Positions 24,732 to 35,700 of a stretch of 64,000 bases of DNA are shown here, piece after piece; the first letter of the stretch is position 1, and the number at the start of each line of letters is the position of its first letter. Origin of the DNA: Trueperaceae bacterium (lineage in GTDB: Bacteria > Deinococcota > Deinococci > Deinococcales > Trueperaceae); the NCBI GenBank assembly GCA_965215565.1, contig CBDCDZ010000004.1, positions 1,888,001 to 1,952,000 of the forward strand, in the 5' to 3' direction. The translations under genes were made by a program, and so were the position numbers. The notes beneath the pieces were generated by a model, which ran no database searches, was not told the origin of the DNA, and saw only the letters and a program-made list of their open reading frames with translations.

Positions 24732-25676
24732 CTAAAAAAACGCTCTGAGGCTCAGGTTGAAGGTGAGTACCGTCGCCACTTCGCTGAAGCGTCCGCCTAA
24801 ACTCGCAGCGAGTTCTTGCTCACCTAGCACGGTGTAGTTGAGGGTCGGGCTGAATTCAGCACCGCTGTTTGGAAAACCGATGCGAGCATCTATTGCTAGG
24901 CTCGAGTCCGCGTCTTGTAGCAGGGTGAGTTGCCCCGCCACACGCGCTGCTGCCGGACCCAAGTCGGGCGCTAAAGCGTCGGGCTCTAAGGGTGCGTACG
25001 CGCCTTCTAAAGTCCAAAGCCTGTCGCCTAAGTAGCCCGTTACGCCAAGCGCGCCCCGCGCGTCCACAGGATTTGTAAGCAGCCACCCTTCACCGTACAC
25101 GACCAGCTCGCCAACCGAACCGCTGCCGCCTAAGCCTGCAACGAAACGGTCTTGGTATAGGGCTGTCGCTTCTAACTCAAACGCTCCAAAAGTCCGCCGC
25201 ACGTTGATAAGTGGGATTACGCTGTCTCTGTAGAAGACTGCGCCGCGCACCCGGTAGTTCTCTGGAAACCAAACAGCGCGCACCCCAGGCACGCCCAGTC
25301 GCACCCCTCTTTCGTTGATCTCCTCGACTGTGAAGGGCAAGGTGGCGCGGGCGTACTCGAGCGCCAAACGTTCGCGCCCCGCGCTTAGTTCAACGTCTCC
25401 GAAAGAGGTCCGCGCGTAAAGCTCGGTCAGCCCCGGCTCCGCTGTAACCTCTTCGCTGAAGCGGAGGCTCGGGTCTAGCTCGAGATTAAACGTCACAGGC
25501 TCCAAGCGGTAGTCCGCTTCGACGTGCGCCGCCACCGTCCAGCCAACTTGCTCGTCTGAGCCGAGGACGACAGTGGCGTCCTCGGCAACCTCTAGCTCAC
25601 CTCTATAGTTGAGTTGCGCAAAGGATAAAGAAGGGGTGAGCAAAGCGAACATAAAGATAAGGGCGGCGTACCTCAT
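24732..25676 (-). CDS. Exported, probably outer-membrane beta-barrel protein of the ABC operon
   Basis: Signal peptide, alternating beta-strand pattern, C-terminal Phe, coupled to the ATPase gene. Confidence 0.6.
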   Translation of the reverse strand: MRYAALIFMFALLTPSLSFAQLNYRGELEVAEDATVVLGSDEQVGWTVAAHVEADYRLEPVTFNLELDPSLRFSEEVTAEPGLTELYARTSFGDVELSAGRERLALEYARATLPFTVEEINERGVRLGVPGVRAVWFPENYRVRGAVFYRDSVIPLINVRRTFGAFELEATALYQDRFVAGLGGSGSVGELVVYGEGWLLTNPVDARGALGVTGYLGDRLWTLEGAYAPLEPDALAPDLGPAAARVAGQLTLLQDADSSLAIDARIGFPNSGAEFSPTLNYTVLGEQELAASLGGRFSEVATVLTFNLSLRAFF

Positions 25677-26365
25677 GCCGCTTGCAACGCCCCCTCGCGC
25701 AAGACGCGCCCGTCCTCCATGTTCACCGTGCGCTTCACATGGTCCAAGAGCCTCGGGTCGTGCGTCGAGAACACAAACGTCACGCCCTCATCTTCGTTCA
25801 GACGCTTCATCAACTCGATGAGGTCGCCCCCTGATTTGCTGTCTAGGTTCGCGGTAGGCTCGTCTGCTAGGATGATGTCAGGTTTAGCGGCGAACGCCCG
25901 CGCCACCGCCACGCGCTGCTGCTGACCGCCCGAAAGTTGGTTGGGGCGGCGGTCTGCAAACTCCTCCATGCCGAGGGCTTTAAGTGACTCTAAGGCTTTA
26001 GCCTCCCGCTTCTTCTTGTCCACGCCTTGGAGTTCCAACACGAAGGCGGCGTTCTCTAAGGCAGTCAGCACCGGAATGAGGTTGTAGGCTTGGAAGACAA
26101 ATCCGAGTTTGTCCAACCTCACCGCCGCCGCCTCTTTCTTGCTGAGCTGGTCGATGCGCTTGTCGTTCAGGTAGACCTCGCCCGAGGTGGGCTGATCGAG
26201 CCCGCCCATAAGGTGCAAGAGGGTACTTTTGCCGCTGCCCGAAGGTCCAGCGATGGCAGTGAATTCGCCTTTGTCAATGGAGAGGTCTACCCCTTGCAGG
26301 GCGTGTGTCTTGACCTCGCCGATCTGGTAGATTTTGGTCAAGTTCTTGACTTCGAAAAGTGACAT
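25673..26365 (-). CDS. ABC transporter ATP-binding protein (LolD/MacB-type)
   Basis: GPSGSGKS, LSGGQQQRVA, ADEPTANLD and STHD. Confidence 0.95.
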   Translation of the reverse strand: MSLFEVKNLTKIYQIGEVKTHALQGVDLSIDKGEFTAIAGPSGSGKSTLLHLMGGLDQPTSGEVYLNDKRIDQLSKKEAAAVRLDKLGFVFQAYNLIPVLTALENAAFVLELQGVDKKKREAKALESLKALGMEEFADRRPNQLSGGQQQRVAVARAFAAKPDIILADEPTANLDSKSGGDLIELMKRLNEDEGVTFVFSTHDPRLLDHVKRTVNMEDGRVLREGALQAA

Positions 26366-26407
26366 GGTGGTTCCTTTCGGTTGACAGGTTTAGATGTTCG
26401 CTGAGAC

Positions 26408-27634
26408 CTAGGCGGTGTAGCGCATCGCCTCAGCGGGTTCGGTATTCGCGGCGATACGAGCGGGCCAGAGGGCAGCGAGGAGCGCGGTTATGATGGCAAA
26501 GCCGACCGCAATAAGGATTTGCCAGGGCTCGATGGAGAGGTAGAAGACGCTGGGCAGGCCGAATTCTGCCAGTATCTCTTCGCTGTAGCCGGGTAGTTCG
26601 AGACCGTTTCTACCGAGCGCCACAATGCCCAAGCCGATAGCGAGTCCGATGGCTGCACCCGAAAGGCATAAGAGCAAGCTCTCGAGCGTCACCATACCCA
26701 TGACCCGCCGACCTCTCGCGCCTAGACTGATAATCACGCCGAACTCGCGGATGCGCTCTAGCGTGCTGAGGTACACCGTGTTCAAAACGAGCAAGCCTGC
26801 CAAGACAAAGAAGATCAGTGACATCACCACGATGACGGGCGCGAAGAACTGAACGATAGTAGCCAAGCTAGGGTCAATCTCCCGCCACCCTTCTACAACC
26901 ACACCGTCGCCTAGTGCGTTTCTGAACGCGGCGAGTTCGTCCGCCGTCTGCGCGTCTTGCGCCAAGGTGTTGACGCCGGGGAAGTGCAGCTCGAGCCTAC
27001 TCAGAGCGTCCGGTGCAGCTAACTCTTGCGCCGCCATAAGCGAGAGGTACGCGGCGCTAATTTCGCGGTTAGGGTCGTCAAAGTCCAAAAGCCCTTCGAC
27101 GGTGTACGCAGCCGCGCCGTAGCCCTCGGTGCCGGGCGCGTAAACGTAAACATCGTCACCCAACCCGACTTGGAGCGCTGTCGCAAGCGACTGACCCAGC
27201 ATAATGCCCGTGATGTTGTCACCCTCGACAAAGTTGCCTTCAACCAGATTATCCGCAAAGTCCTCGCGCACGACTTCGGGCCAGTCCTGACCTTGCACTG
27301 CCAGACCTCTCGAGCGGTTTTCCCCTGCCAGGAGACCGGGGACTTGCAGCGAGCCCACCGGAACCGCGCCGGGTAGAACCTGACTGACAGTCTCCCTGAC
27401 CTCTTCGGCGTTTTCCAAAAGCCCATCGTCAAAACCGCGAGCGTCCCTGTATCCTTCGGTGTGAATCTGAACGTTGCCGACCTCATCGGTCAGGTCCCCA
27501 TACATGCCGTTGGTCATCGCGCCGCCGAAGCTGTACAAAAGAATGGCAAAGAACACGACGAGCGCAACAGCCGAGAGCGAGATGAGGCTGCGCCGCCCCT
27601 GCCGCCAGAGGTTGCGCCACGCAAGCTGAATCAT
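26408..27634 (-). CDS. FtsX-like ABC permease (LolC/E-type)
   Basis: AWRNLWR N-terminus, ERIREFG and P.EAMR C-terminus. Confidence 0.9.
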   Translation of the reverse strand: MIQLAWRNLWRQGRRSLISLSAVALVVFFAILLYSFGGAMTNGMYGDLTDEVGNVQIHTEGYRDARGFDDGLLENAEEVRETVSQVLPGAVPVGSLQVPGLLAGENRSRGLAVQGQDWPEVVREDFADNLVEGNFVEGDNITGIMLGQSLATALQVGLGDDVYVYAPGTEGYGAAAYTVEGLLDFDDPNREISAAYLSLMAAQELAAPDALSRLELHFPGVNTLAQDAQTADELAAFRNALGDGVVVEGWREIDPSLATIVQFFAPVIVVMSLIFFVLAGLLVLNTVYLSTLERIREFGVIISLGARGRRVMGMVTLESLLLCLSGAAIGLAIGLGIVALGRNGLELPGYSEEILAEFGLPSVFYLSIEPWQILIAVGFAIITALLAALWPARIAANTEPAEAMRYTA

Positions 27635-28371
27635 TCGCAAGCCCCCTCACGCTCTAAAGCGTTTTGCGTGAAACACCCGCTCGGAATGTCCACCCCGAAC
27701 TCCGCGTCCTGCCAAGTCACGACGGTGCGGTGGCCCTCTTCTAAGAGGTCCGTCACCTCAAAGCGCTGCGGAATGTTGAGTCCGTCCACCTCGGCGTAGT
27801 CGGAGAGGATGTTCTCTTTCACGGCGTTACCTCTTTGATCGTAGTAGGTAATGTTCGTCGGAGCGTACGAAGGCTTCATAGCGGTCAGTTCGACCTTACC
27901 GTAGGGGGTGGGTGCGCCCTGATTCGGCACAAGTTCCAAAGTGACACTCTCCTCGCTCTCCTCTAAGATGCTCGCTTGGTAGTCCTCTTCTAAGTCATCG
28001 CCTGCAAGGTCGTTGTAGGAGATGTCCGAACCCAAGAACGAGTCACTTTGACCACTCGGTGGAAGTCTCAGTACCCTTCTCAAGCGGGGGTTGTAGATAA
28101 AGACGTTGTCACCGTCGTTGAGGAAGGCTTGCCCAGCGTCCCTGGGTGGTGCAATCACCCTGGTCAAGCCTTGCTCCTCCCCTTCGCTGTAGATGCGCAT
28201 GGTGTAGGTGTCCTCTTCGTCCGGACGGATGACTTGCATGTTCAGCGTCGCCGCTTGTGACTCGCCGCGCAGGTTGTTCACGATGGTGCCCAAGATGCTG
28301 CTCGCGTCCTCTTGGGCGTGAGCGAAGCCAAGCGTGAGTAAAAGGGTGAGGGTTGTGAGTACGAATTTCAT
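27631..28371 (-). CDS. Outer-membrane lipoprotein-sorting protein (LolA-like)
   Basis: Signal peptide, P.RDAG..FL, FLGSDISYNDL and YYD..G motifs. Confidence 0.85.
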   Translation of the reverse strand: MKFVLTTLTLLLTLGFAHAQEDASSILGTIVNNLRGESQAATLNMQVIRPDEEDTYTMRIYSEGEEQGLTRVIAPPRDAGQAFLNDGDNVFIYNPRLRRVLRLPPSGQSDSFLGSDISYNDLAGDDLEEDYQASILEESEESVTLELVPNQGAPTPYGKVELTAMKPSYAPTNITYYDQRGNAVKENILSDYAEVDGLNIPQRFEVTDLLEEGHRTVVTWQDAEFGVDIPSGCFTQNALEREGACE

Positions 28372-28425
28372 GTGTTCTCCTTTTAGAGAAGTAAGAAGTG
28401 GGAAAAAAGGTTCTTGCTCCTGCTC

Positions 28426-29652
28426 TTACGTTGCCCGCATCGCCTCAGCCGGGTTGAGATTCCTCACGCGCCTGCCCGGTATGGTGATGGCGAGCACAGC
28501 AGCGATCAGAATGGTGACCGCAGCCCAAGCGAGGTAGGTGAGGCTCGAGGCGAACACAAACGTGTCGCTGAGCGCTAGACCTTGCAAGTAGTTGCCATAA
28601 AAGGTGTTGATGAAGGGTCCCATCAGGTTAGTCGCGGACATGAGGGCGTTTAAGCTGAACCCGAGCACTGCGCCTAAGGCGAAACCGATGAAGGTGGTAT
28701 AGATAGCCTCCAGCGTCACCATCCGTGCGAGCTGATTCTGATTCAAACCCAAAGAGGTGATGACGCCGAACTCTCTCGTGCGCTCGATGACGCTCACGAT
28801 GACGGTGCTCATGACTGTCACAGCGGCAAAGAGCGCGATCATCAGGACGATGGGAATCATCGACGCGCGTTTGTCTTCAATCACCGCTAAGAGACCGCCC
28901 AAAAGTTCAGAGATAGGGTAAGCTCCAACGTTTTGAGGTAGAACCGACGCGGCATTGACCGCTTCTGCAACCGCTTCTTCATTGCCCTGCTGCACGTCGA
29001 GCGCCACGCCCGTCGCCGTACCTACTCCCGTGAGCGTTCGCGCGTCTTCCAAATGCACCAGCACCACGCCCTCGTCCACGGGGTTGATGTTGCTGTCGAT
29101 GATGCCAACGACTTGCAGACCTGCGCCTTGTGCGCCTGCGAGTGACTGCACATCGAGCGCTAAGCGTTCTCCAACGCGCACGTCGAGGTCTTGGGCTAGC
29201 TCAACGCCCAACACAAGCTCACCGGGGTTTTCGATAAAACGCCCCTCACCGATGTCGCCAGGAATATCGCTGACTTGCGGCTCTAAGCTGGGGTCGATAC
29301 CCCTTACTTGTGAGCCTAGCGTTCGGTAGGGCGAGCGCATTAGCACTTGAAACTCTAACCTCGGTGCACTCCCGCGCACCCCTTCGACCTGCTCGAGTTC
29401 GCCCACAAAGTCCAGCGTCGGCAAGCTGTTTTCCGGGTCAGGATCGGTGCGGTAGCTTTCAGATTGCACCATCACCGGCGCGTTGAGGTAGCGGGCTTGT
29501 CCGCCTAAAAGCACGTTGACGAAGCCGTCATAAAAGCCCCAGAAGAAGATAATGGCAACTGTGGCGTAGGCGACGACGGCGAGCAGAAGTTGCGTGCGCC
29601 GCTTGTGCCGCCACAGGTTGCGCCAGGCGAGTCTGGAGATAGAGGTGTTCAT
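28426..29652 (-). CDS. FtsX-like ABC permease (LolC/E-type)
   Basis: LAWRNLWRHKRRT, ERTREFG and NPAEAMR. Confidence 0.9.
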   Translation of the reverse strand: MNTSISRLAWRNLWRHKRRTQLLLAVVAYATVAIIFFWGFYDGFVNVLLGGQARYLNAPVMVQSESYRTDPDPENSLPTLDFVGELEQVEGVRGSAPRLEFQVLMRSPYRTLGSQVRGIDPSLEPQVSDIPGDIGEGRFIENPGELVLGVELAQDLDVRVGERLALDVQSLAGAQGAGLQVVGIIDSNINPVDEGVVLVHLEDARTLTGVGTATGVALDVQQGNEEAVAEAVNAASVLPQNVGAYPISELLGGLLAVIEDKRASMIPIVLMIALFAAVTVMSTVIVSVIERTREFGVITSLGLNQNQLARMVTLEAIYTTFIGFALGAVLGFSLNALMSATNLMGPFINTFYGNYLQGLALSDTFVFASSLTYLAWAAVTILIAAVLAITIPGRRVRNLNPAEAMRAT

Positions 29653-29749
29653 GTGTTCCTTTCTACGTAGATAGGGTTCGCCCTTGCTCGTTTGACGTGG
29701 ACGCGCTTATAAGTAACGAGTGCAAGCAACATGGCTCCGAAAAAGAAGG

Positions 29750-30211
29750 TCATACCGGGTTCAACTCCTCTTCCCAGCGCTCGAACACGCGAGGGAATTC
29801 ACGCTCAGCGAAGGCGTAGAAGGCGTGCATCTCTTCTAAGCCGCGCCTCACTTTGGGGTCGTTAGTCTCGAGCAGCCCTAGCCCTCTCTCCGCAAGTTGG
29901 CGAAAGAGGCTCAACTGCTCGACGCCCCGGCGGGTCATCTCGAGCCATGCACCTGGCTTACAACGGAAGTAGTCGCGCCGCTCGCCGGGCTTAGTCACGC
30001 GCTCGGTGAGACCAAGCTGGATGAGGTAGCGCGTGGCGGTGCTGATCGAGCCGCGACTGGCTTGGAGCGTGTCGGCTAACGTCTCGGCTGACTGCTCGGC
30101 AGGCTCGGCGACGAGCAGCGCCCCCAAAACGCGCCCCGCCATGCGCGGTACGCCGCTCTGCTCGAGCAGCAAGCCGACCTCTTCGATATACCTCTGCTTG
30201 TCGTTCGTCAA
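29750..30211 (-). CDS. GbsR/MarR-family transcriptional regulator
   Basis: GVPRMAGRV, LQASRGSIS and PGERRDYF. A palindrome-like TTTCAGAACGTTTTGAAC upstream may be its operator. Confidence 0.85.
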   Translation of the reverse strand: MTNDKQRYIEEVGLLLEQSGVPRMAGRVLGALLVAEPAEQSAETLADTLQASRGSISTATRYLIQLGLTERVTKPGERRDYFRCKPGAWLEMTRRGVEQLSLFRQLAERGLGLLETNDPKVRRGLEEMHAFYAFAEREFPRVFERWEEELNPV

Positions 30212-30260
30212 AAGCCACCTCCGACTAGACTATCTAAACGTTCAAAACGTTCTGAAACTT

Positions 30261-30295
30261 ATTGTAACTAGCAATTGCAAAGATTCTTTGAAGAT
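30261..30295 (-). promoter_or_regulatory. Tandem-repeat regulator site plus -10
   Basis: ATCTTC (30295-30290) and ATCTTT (30284-30279), 12-nt gap, TACAAT (30266-30261). Confidence 0.65.
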
Positions 30296-30430
30296 GGTTT
30301 TGACGATCTCTGAGGTCTGTAGGCGCATGACGCTGTTGGGAACCTTCGACGCCTAGCCGTCTGTATTTGGCTCGAGGTATCCCCGTCATTACCACTATGG
30401 ATTGAGGGTAGAAAATGTCAATGCGAGGCG

Positions 30431-31660
30431 CTACTCCAGCATCACAGGCATTTCCTTGTACTGATGCCAGCCGGGTCGCGTCACGAACTGCAACGCGCTT
30501 GGCGCTACCGCTAGACGAAGGTTGGGGCTGCGCCCCAGCAGCCGCGTAAGCGCGATTTTGGTCTCGAGCCGCGCCAGCGGAGCGCCGAGACAGTAGTGAA
30601 TTCCTTGTCCAAAACCGAGGTGACGTTTAGGCGCACGCTCTATGTCAAACACGTCTGGACGCTCAAAAACGTCGGCGTCGTGGTTGCCCGAGCCCAGTAG
30701 CGGCATCACGCTCGAGCCCTTGGGAATCTTTGTCCCTCTGATGGTGACGTCTTCAGTCGCGTACTCCGGCTTGGTCGCGTGCAGGGGTCCGTTGAAGCGC
30801 AACACCTCTTCAATCGCACCGTCCATCAGCGCCGGTTCTCTGCGCAACCGCCCTAGCTGTTCTGGATGGGTTAAGAGCGTATAGACCGCGTTGGTGATCA
30901 GGTTATAGGTCGTTTCGTGACCGGCAACGATTAGCAGGAACACCATCGCCACTAGCTCGTCTTCGCTGAGCGTTTCGCCCTCTTCTTCTGCTGCGATGAG
31001 CGCTGTCAGGATATCGTTGCCCGGATTGCGGCGCTTACGCTCAATTAGTTGGCGTACGAACGTCACTGCTTTGGGCAAATCCCAGACAAGCGTACGAGCG
31101 AGTGTCACACCAGAAAATCCTTTGGTGAGGGCGTCGACAAACGAGGCAAATTTAGGGACTTCATCCCGTTCGACGCCCACCATCTCCGCAATCACCGTGA
31201 CGGGGATGGGCTGGGCATAAGCTGTCATGAGGTCGATAGGTCCCTGACCCCACATCTCATCAAGTAGCTGTTCGGTGAGGATTTCGATGCGCCCTGCCAA
31301 GTTCGCAACCGTGCGAGGGGTAAACGCCTTGTGGACGAGGTTGCGCAGGCGGCGGTGCTCCGGCTCGTCTTCGTTGATCATCGAGTTCATCATCAGCGAG
31401 ACCGACTTAGGCATGGGGAAGGGCATTCGTCCGCCGCCCGTCGCGGTGGTGCGGTTGCGCACGAAGCGCTTGTCTTTGAGCATAAAGGCGCAGTCGTCGT
31501 AGCGGGTCAGGAAATAGGACCCCATCACGCTCATCAGTTTGCCCTTATGCACGGGGTCGTGCTCGCGCAAGTAGGCGTAGTGGGCGTATTTGTCGTCCGC
31601 GAAGGCTTGGCTACTGAGGTTGAGGGGCAGGCTTATTGCAGCTTTTGTTATAGAAGTCAT
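30431..31660 (-). CDS. Cytochrome P450
   Basis: AGHETT, EEVLR and FGQGIHYCLG. Confidence 0.95.
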   Translation of the reverse strand: MTSITKAAISLPLNLSSQAFADDKYAHYAYLREHDPVHKGKLMSVMGSYFLTRYDDCAFMLKDKRFVRNRTTATGGGRMPFPMPKSVSLMMNSMINEDEPEHRRLRNLVHKAFTPRTVANLAGRIEILTEQLLDEMWGQGPIDLMTAYAQPIPVTVIAEMVGVERDEVPKFASFVDALTKGFSGVTLARTLVWDLPKAVTFVRQLIERKRRNPGNDILTALIAAEEEGETLSEDELVAMVFLLIVAGHETTYNLITNAVYTLLTHPEQLGRLRREPALMDGAIEEVLRFNGPLHATKPEYATEDVTIRGTKIPKGSSVMPLLGSGNHDADVFERPDVFDIERAPKRHLGFGQGIHYCLGAPLARLETKIALTRLLGRSPNLRLAVAPSALQFVTRPGWHQYKEMPVMLE

Positions 31661-31863
31661 AGGTCCCTTCTTGTGGCGGTTAGCGGGCGTCAGATTTGTA
31701 ACGCTGAGGCAGGTCAGAACACACTTCTCAGCTTAGAACGTTAAGGCTCACCAACAGGACTCAGTCGCTTGTCCAGATTAGGCAGAAGGTGAGCTTCCAG
31801 GTAGGACTAAAGCTGCACAATTTTTCTAAGGTCATCTCGAGCCCTACCCGGAGCAAGAGGAGG

Positions 31864-32679
31864 TTACACAGGCGTCACCAAAATGACCGAATTGGGTCTG
31901 ATATTGAGCACGTCCTTCGCTCGCCCGTCACGCACGGCGAGTTCTAAAAGCCCGCTGCTGCCCACGTAAGCGAGTGTCCAACCGGGGCGCACATCGGTAA
32001 AGGTGCGGCGGATGGGACCGATGTCAACGCTGTCTAATCTGACATGCCACCTCGACACCTCCGGCTCCAAGAGTGAGCGGTGCAAATTCGTCACCAGGTT
32101 GCCAAACTGGTCGGCGTGGATGGTGTCAGCTTCCCAACCCGCCCCATTGCCGACCTCTTTGCGGCGCGGCTCAGTCCAGGAGAGCTGCGTTAAGGTCTCG
32201 GGGTAGACCGTGGGTCCAAGCTGCTCGATGTCCATGCCCGCCGCTAAGTGCGCCGCGACAGGCGCGAAGATGTCGCGTCCGTGAAAGGTGGTGCTGATGT
32301 CGGTGAGGTGATAGTCGGAGTTCTCTAGTAAGACCGCCGCCGAGACCTCCATGCCGAAGGTCACGCCTGTGAAGAGACCGTTGTCCGGTCCGACGAAGGT
32401 GTAAGGACCGCTATCATCTGAAGTGATGTCCAAGGCTATGGCTCGCCTATCACTGCCCACGCCGGGGTCCACCACACAGCAGAAGATGGTCCCGGCTGGG
32501 AAGTAGCGGTAGCCCACGAAGAGGTCAAACGCGCCCTCGCGCACGTCGCCGACGGGAATCTGATGGGAGAGGTCGATGATACGTGCCTCCGGTGCAATTC
32601 GCGCAATCACCCCTTTCATCATGCCCACGTAAGCGTCGCGCAAGCCGAGGTCGGTGAGGAGGACGATAATAGGTGTCAT
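31864..32679 (-). CDS. SAM hydroxide adenosyltransferase (DUF62 family)
   Basis: LLTD.G..D.YVG.MKG, VVDPGVGSDRR, TFHGRDIFAP and DQFGNL. Confidence 0.9.
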   Translation of the reverse strand: MTPIIVLLTDLGLRDAYVGMMKGVIARIAPEARIIDLSHQIPVGDVREGAFDLFVGYRYFPAGTIFCCVVDPGVGSDRRAIALDITSDDSGPYTFVGPDNGLFTGVTFGMEVSAAVLLENSDYHLTDISTTFHGRDIFAPVAAHLAAGMDIEQLGPTVYPETLTQLSWTEPRRKEVGNGAGWEADTIHADQFGNLVTNLHRSLLEPEVSRWHVRLDSVDIGPIRRTFTDVRPGWTLAYVGSSGLLELAVRDGRAKDVLNIRPNSVILVTPV

Positions 32680-32739
32680 AGGGTCTCCTTTACAAGAGAT
32701 ATAGCGGGTCTACCTTTAAGAGGTAGACCCTGTGGTGGG

Positions 32740-35700
32740 TTACGCCTTGCTCGTTGAGGTCTGCGGTTGCAGCTTGGGCGTCGCGACGGTTGCGTTGTCA
32801 GTTTTTGCTTCAGCTTTGCGCTCGCCTGTGCCGCCTGCGCCCTCTTCGTAGTTACGGCGCTCGAGCTGATAGAACGCTGCCGGGACCACGTAGAAGGTGA
32901 GAATCGCCGAGGTGACGACGCCGCCTAAGATGACGACACCCAAGGGGAAGCGGAACTCGCCCCCCTCACCGAGCCCTAAGAGCAGCGGTAAGCTGATGAT
33001 GACGATGGTCACGGTCGTCATTAAAATCGGTCGGAATCTGAGGCGACCCGCCTCGACCAGCGCCTCCTTGAGCGATTCGACCCTGCCGCCTTGCTCCTTG
33101 ATCTGTTCCATCAAGACCTCTAAGAGCAAGATGGCGTTCTTGGTGACCAGTCCGACCAGCATGATGACGCCTAAAACGCTGATGATGTCCAGCGAAGCGT
33201 CTAGGGCGAACAGGAGCCACAACGCCCCAATGAGCGCCAGCGGCACGGTGAGGAGCAGGTAGAGCGGGAACTTGAACGAGTTGAACTGTGTGCCGATGAC
33301 GAGGTAGTTCAGCAGCAGCGCCAGCGCGAAGGCGATAGGACCGTAGAGGACCAAGTCGCCCAAGAGGTCGAGCCCGGTTGCCGTACTGACCGTGACCGTA
33401 TTGTCAATTAAGCCTTCGTCCCTCAGCACTGCTTCGATGTTGTTCTGCACGGCGAGCGAGTCGGGGCTGCCAGGGACTAAGTCGGCGGTGAAGTCGAGCG
33501 CGTAGGCGCGGTTAGCGCGGCTGATGACCGAGGGCGCGTCCTGTGTGTCGAAGGAGCCGAATTCGCGTAGCGGTAACTCGCTGTTCAACGCAGGGGCGTA
33601 GATGGGCAGGCTGAGAAGGGACTGCTCGTCGCTCAAAAAGCGTGGATTGAGCGAGACCATGATGGGCGACTCGTCGCCGCCCGAGCGCAAGGTGGCGGCT
33701 TCTTCGCCCACGTTGTAAGTGCGAATCGTCTGGTAGATATTGGCAGGCAGAAGACCCGTTCCGGTGAGGCTCGAGTCGTTGATCTGAAAGACGCGCTCGC
33801 TGACGGTTGCCGCCAAGCTCGACTCGACGTTGCGCAAGTTGGCGTTGTCCTGCAAGATAGCGCGAATCTGCGGCTCGCGTTCGCGCAAGGCGTCCAGGTC
33901 GTTCGAGGAGAGGTTGAGGCTATAGTCGCTGCCCGTGGGTGGACCGCCACCCTCTTCCGTGCCAACGCTCAACTCCGCTTCGGGTGTGTTGGCGAGCACT
34001 TCGCTCAGGCGCTCTTCGTAGACTAGGGCGAGTTCATCCGTGGTCCGCTCGCGCTCGTCGCCGAGGTCAACCGTAAAAGTCGCGCGTTCGGGGCTCGAGC
34101 CCGTTCCCGCCGTAGCGTCGCCTGCGCCCACCGTAAGTTGAACCTGCTCGACCAAGGGGTCGCTGAGGAGGTTGGACTCGAGCTGTGACGCTACGCCGTT
34201 CGTGCGGTCTAAGCTCGTGCCCGTGGGCATCTCGAGCGTGACGGAGAGCGTGCCCGCGTCCGAAGGCGGCGTGAAGTTAAAGCCGATGCGCGGGAAGACG
34301 AAGACCAAGCTGGCGAGCAGGAGCGCGGCGACGCCGAGCACCGCCCAAGCGTAGCCGAGCGTCGCTCTAAGCGAACTCGCGTAGAGGTCGCGAATCCAGG
34401 TCGTCGCCGCGTCGCCCACTTTGTAAGTCGTCAAGAAGATCGCACCCAAGACGTAGAGGGTAAGCCGCCCAAGATAGCGTACCGCGAAGAGGACGACGGG
34501 GAGGAGGAGGGCGAAGAGCGGCATAATGAGGCTGGGTAGGGGTAGGCTCGAGCCCGCAAAGTAGAGTCCGACAGCTAGCGCGACGAGTAGTACCCAGAAC
34601 CAGACGCGCCGCCACAGCGAGAGCGTCCAGCGCAGGTCAGGCATGAACTTCTTGCCTGCTTTGGGTAAGTCGCTCCAGGACGGGGGCAGCGGGTTAGGTA
34701 CGTAAGCCAAGACCATCGTCAAAAAGAACATCGAGGCGAGGTACGAGACTAACACCATCGTCGCCATCGCCAAGCCAAACTGCTGAAAGAAGTCACCAAT
34801 GACGCCGGGTAAAAAGGAGATGGGCAGAAATACCGCTAGAAGCGATAGCGTTGACGCAAGGACCGGCGTACTGACCTCACCCGCCCCTTGAATCACCGCG
34901 TCTTTGTTTGAATAGCCCATGCTTTGAAAGCGGTCGATGTTCTCCGCGACAACAATCGAGTCGTCCACCACCAGTCCAACGGCAACCGTGATGGCGAGCA
35001 GGGTAATCAGGTTGAGGCTAAACCCGAAGAGCCCAAAGATGATAAACGCGCCCGCGATGGAGATGGGAATGGAGAGCACCACGGCAAAGACCGTACCCAA
35101 GCGCCCCACGAAGAACATGATGACCAAACCCACCGCGAGGATGGCGATGCCGGTTTCTAAAAGCGTGTCGTTGACCGTCGCTTCGGTCTCAATCGTGGTG
35201 TCGTTGATGATTTGAGTACTGTAACCCTCGGGAAGTTGCAGCGAGGCGAGACTGTCGCGGACGTTGTGGGCAGTTGAAACTGAGTTGCCCCCGGACGTTT
35301 TGAGGATGTTAAGCAAGATGACGGGCTCGCCGTCCACGCGGGAGTAGGAGCTGGCTTCGGCGGCGGTGTCGCGCACGGCAGCGATGTCCGAGACGCGGAC
35401 GCCCCGCGCCGTATCGACTTGGATGTTTTGAACTGCTTCTAGTGAGTCCGGCGTGTTGCGCCCGCTGAGCGTGATGCGCGAGCCGGAGAACGACAAGCTG
35501 CCGAGCGGCAGGTCGAGCGCCGTGCCCCCAATCGCCTGCGTGACCTGCGAGGTGGTGAGCCCGTACGCCTCCATCTGGTCAGGGTTTAAGAGCACCTGAA
35601 TCTCTTGGTCGTTGGGGCTGGCGATGGACACGTCCGCCACGCCGTCCACGCGCTGCAACTCGGGCTGGACATTGTTCTCGACGTAGCGCTGCGTCTCGCT

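Noticed and set aside
31864..32679. Fluorinase/chlorinase beside a P450, suggesting a halometabolite pathway
   Set aside because: It retains the Asp-Arg-His pattern (DPGVG..RR, TFHGRD) of DUF62 SAM hydrolases, and no biosynthetic core genes are nearby.
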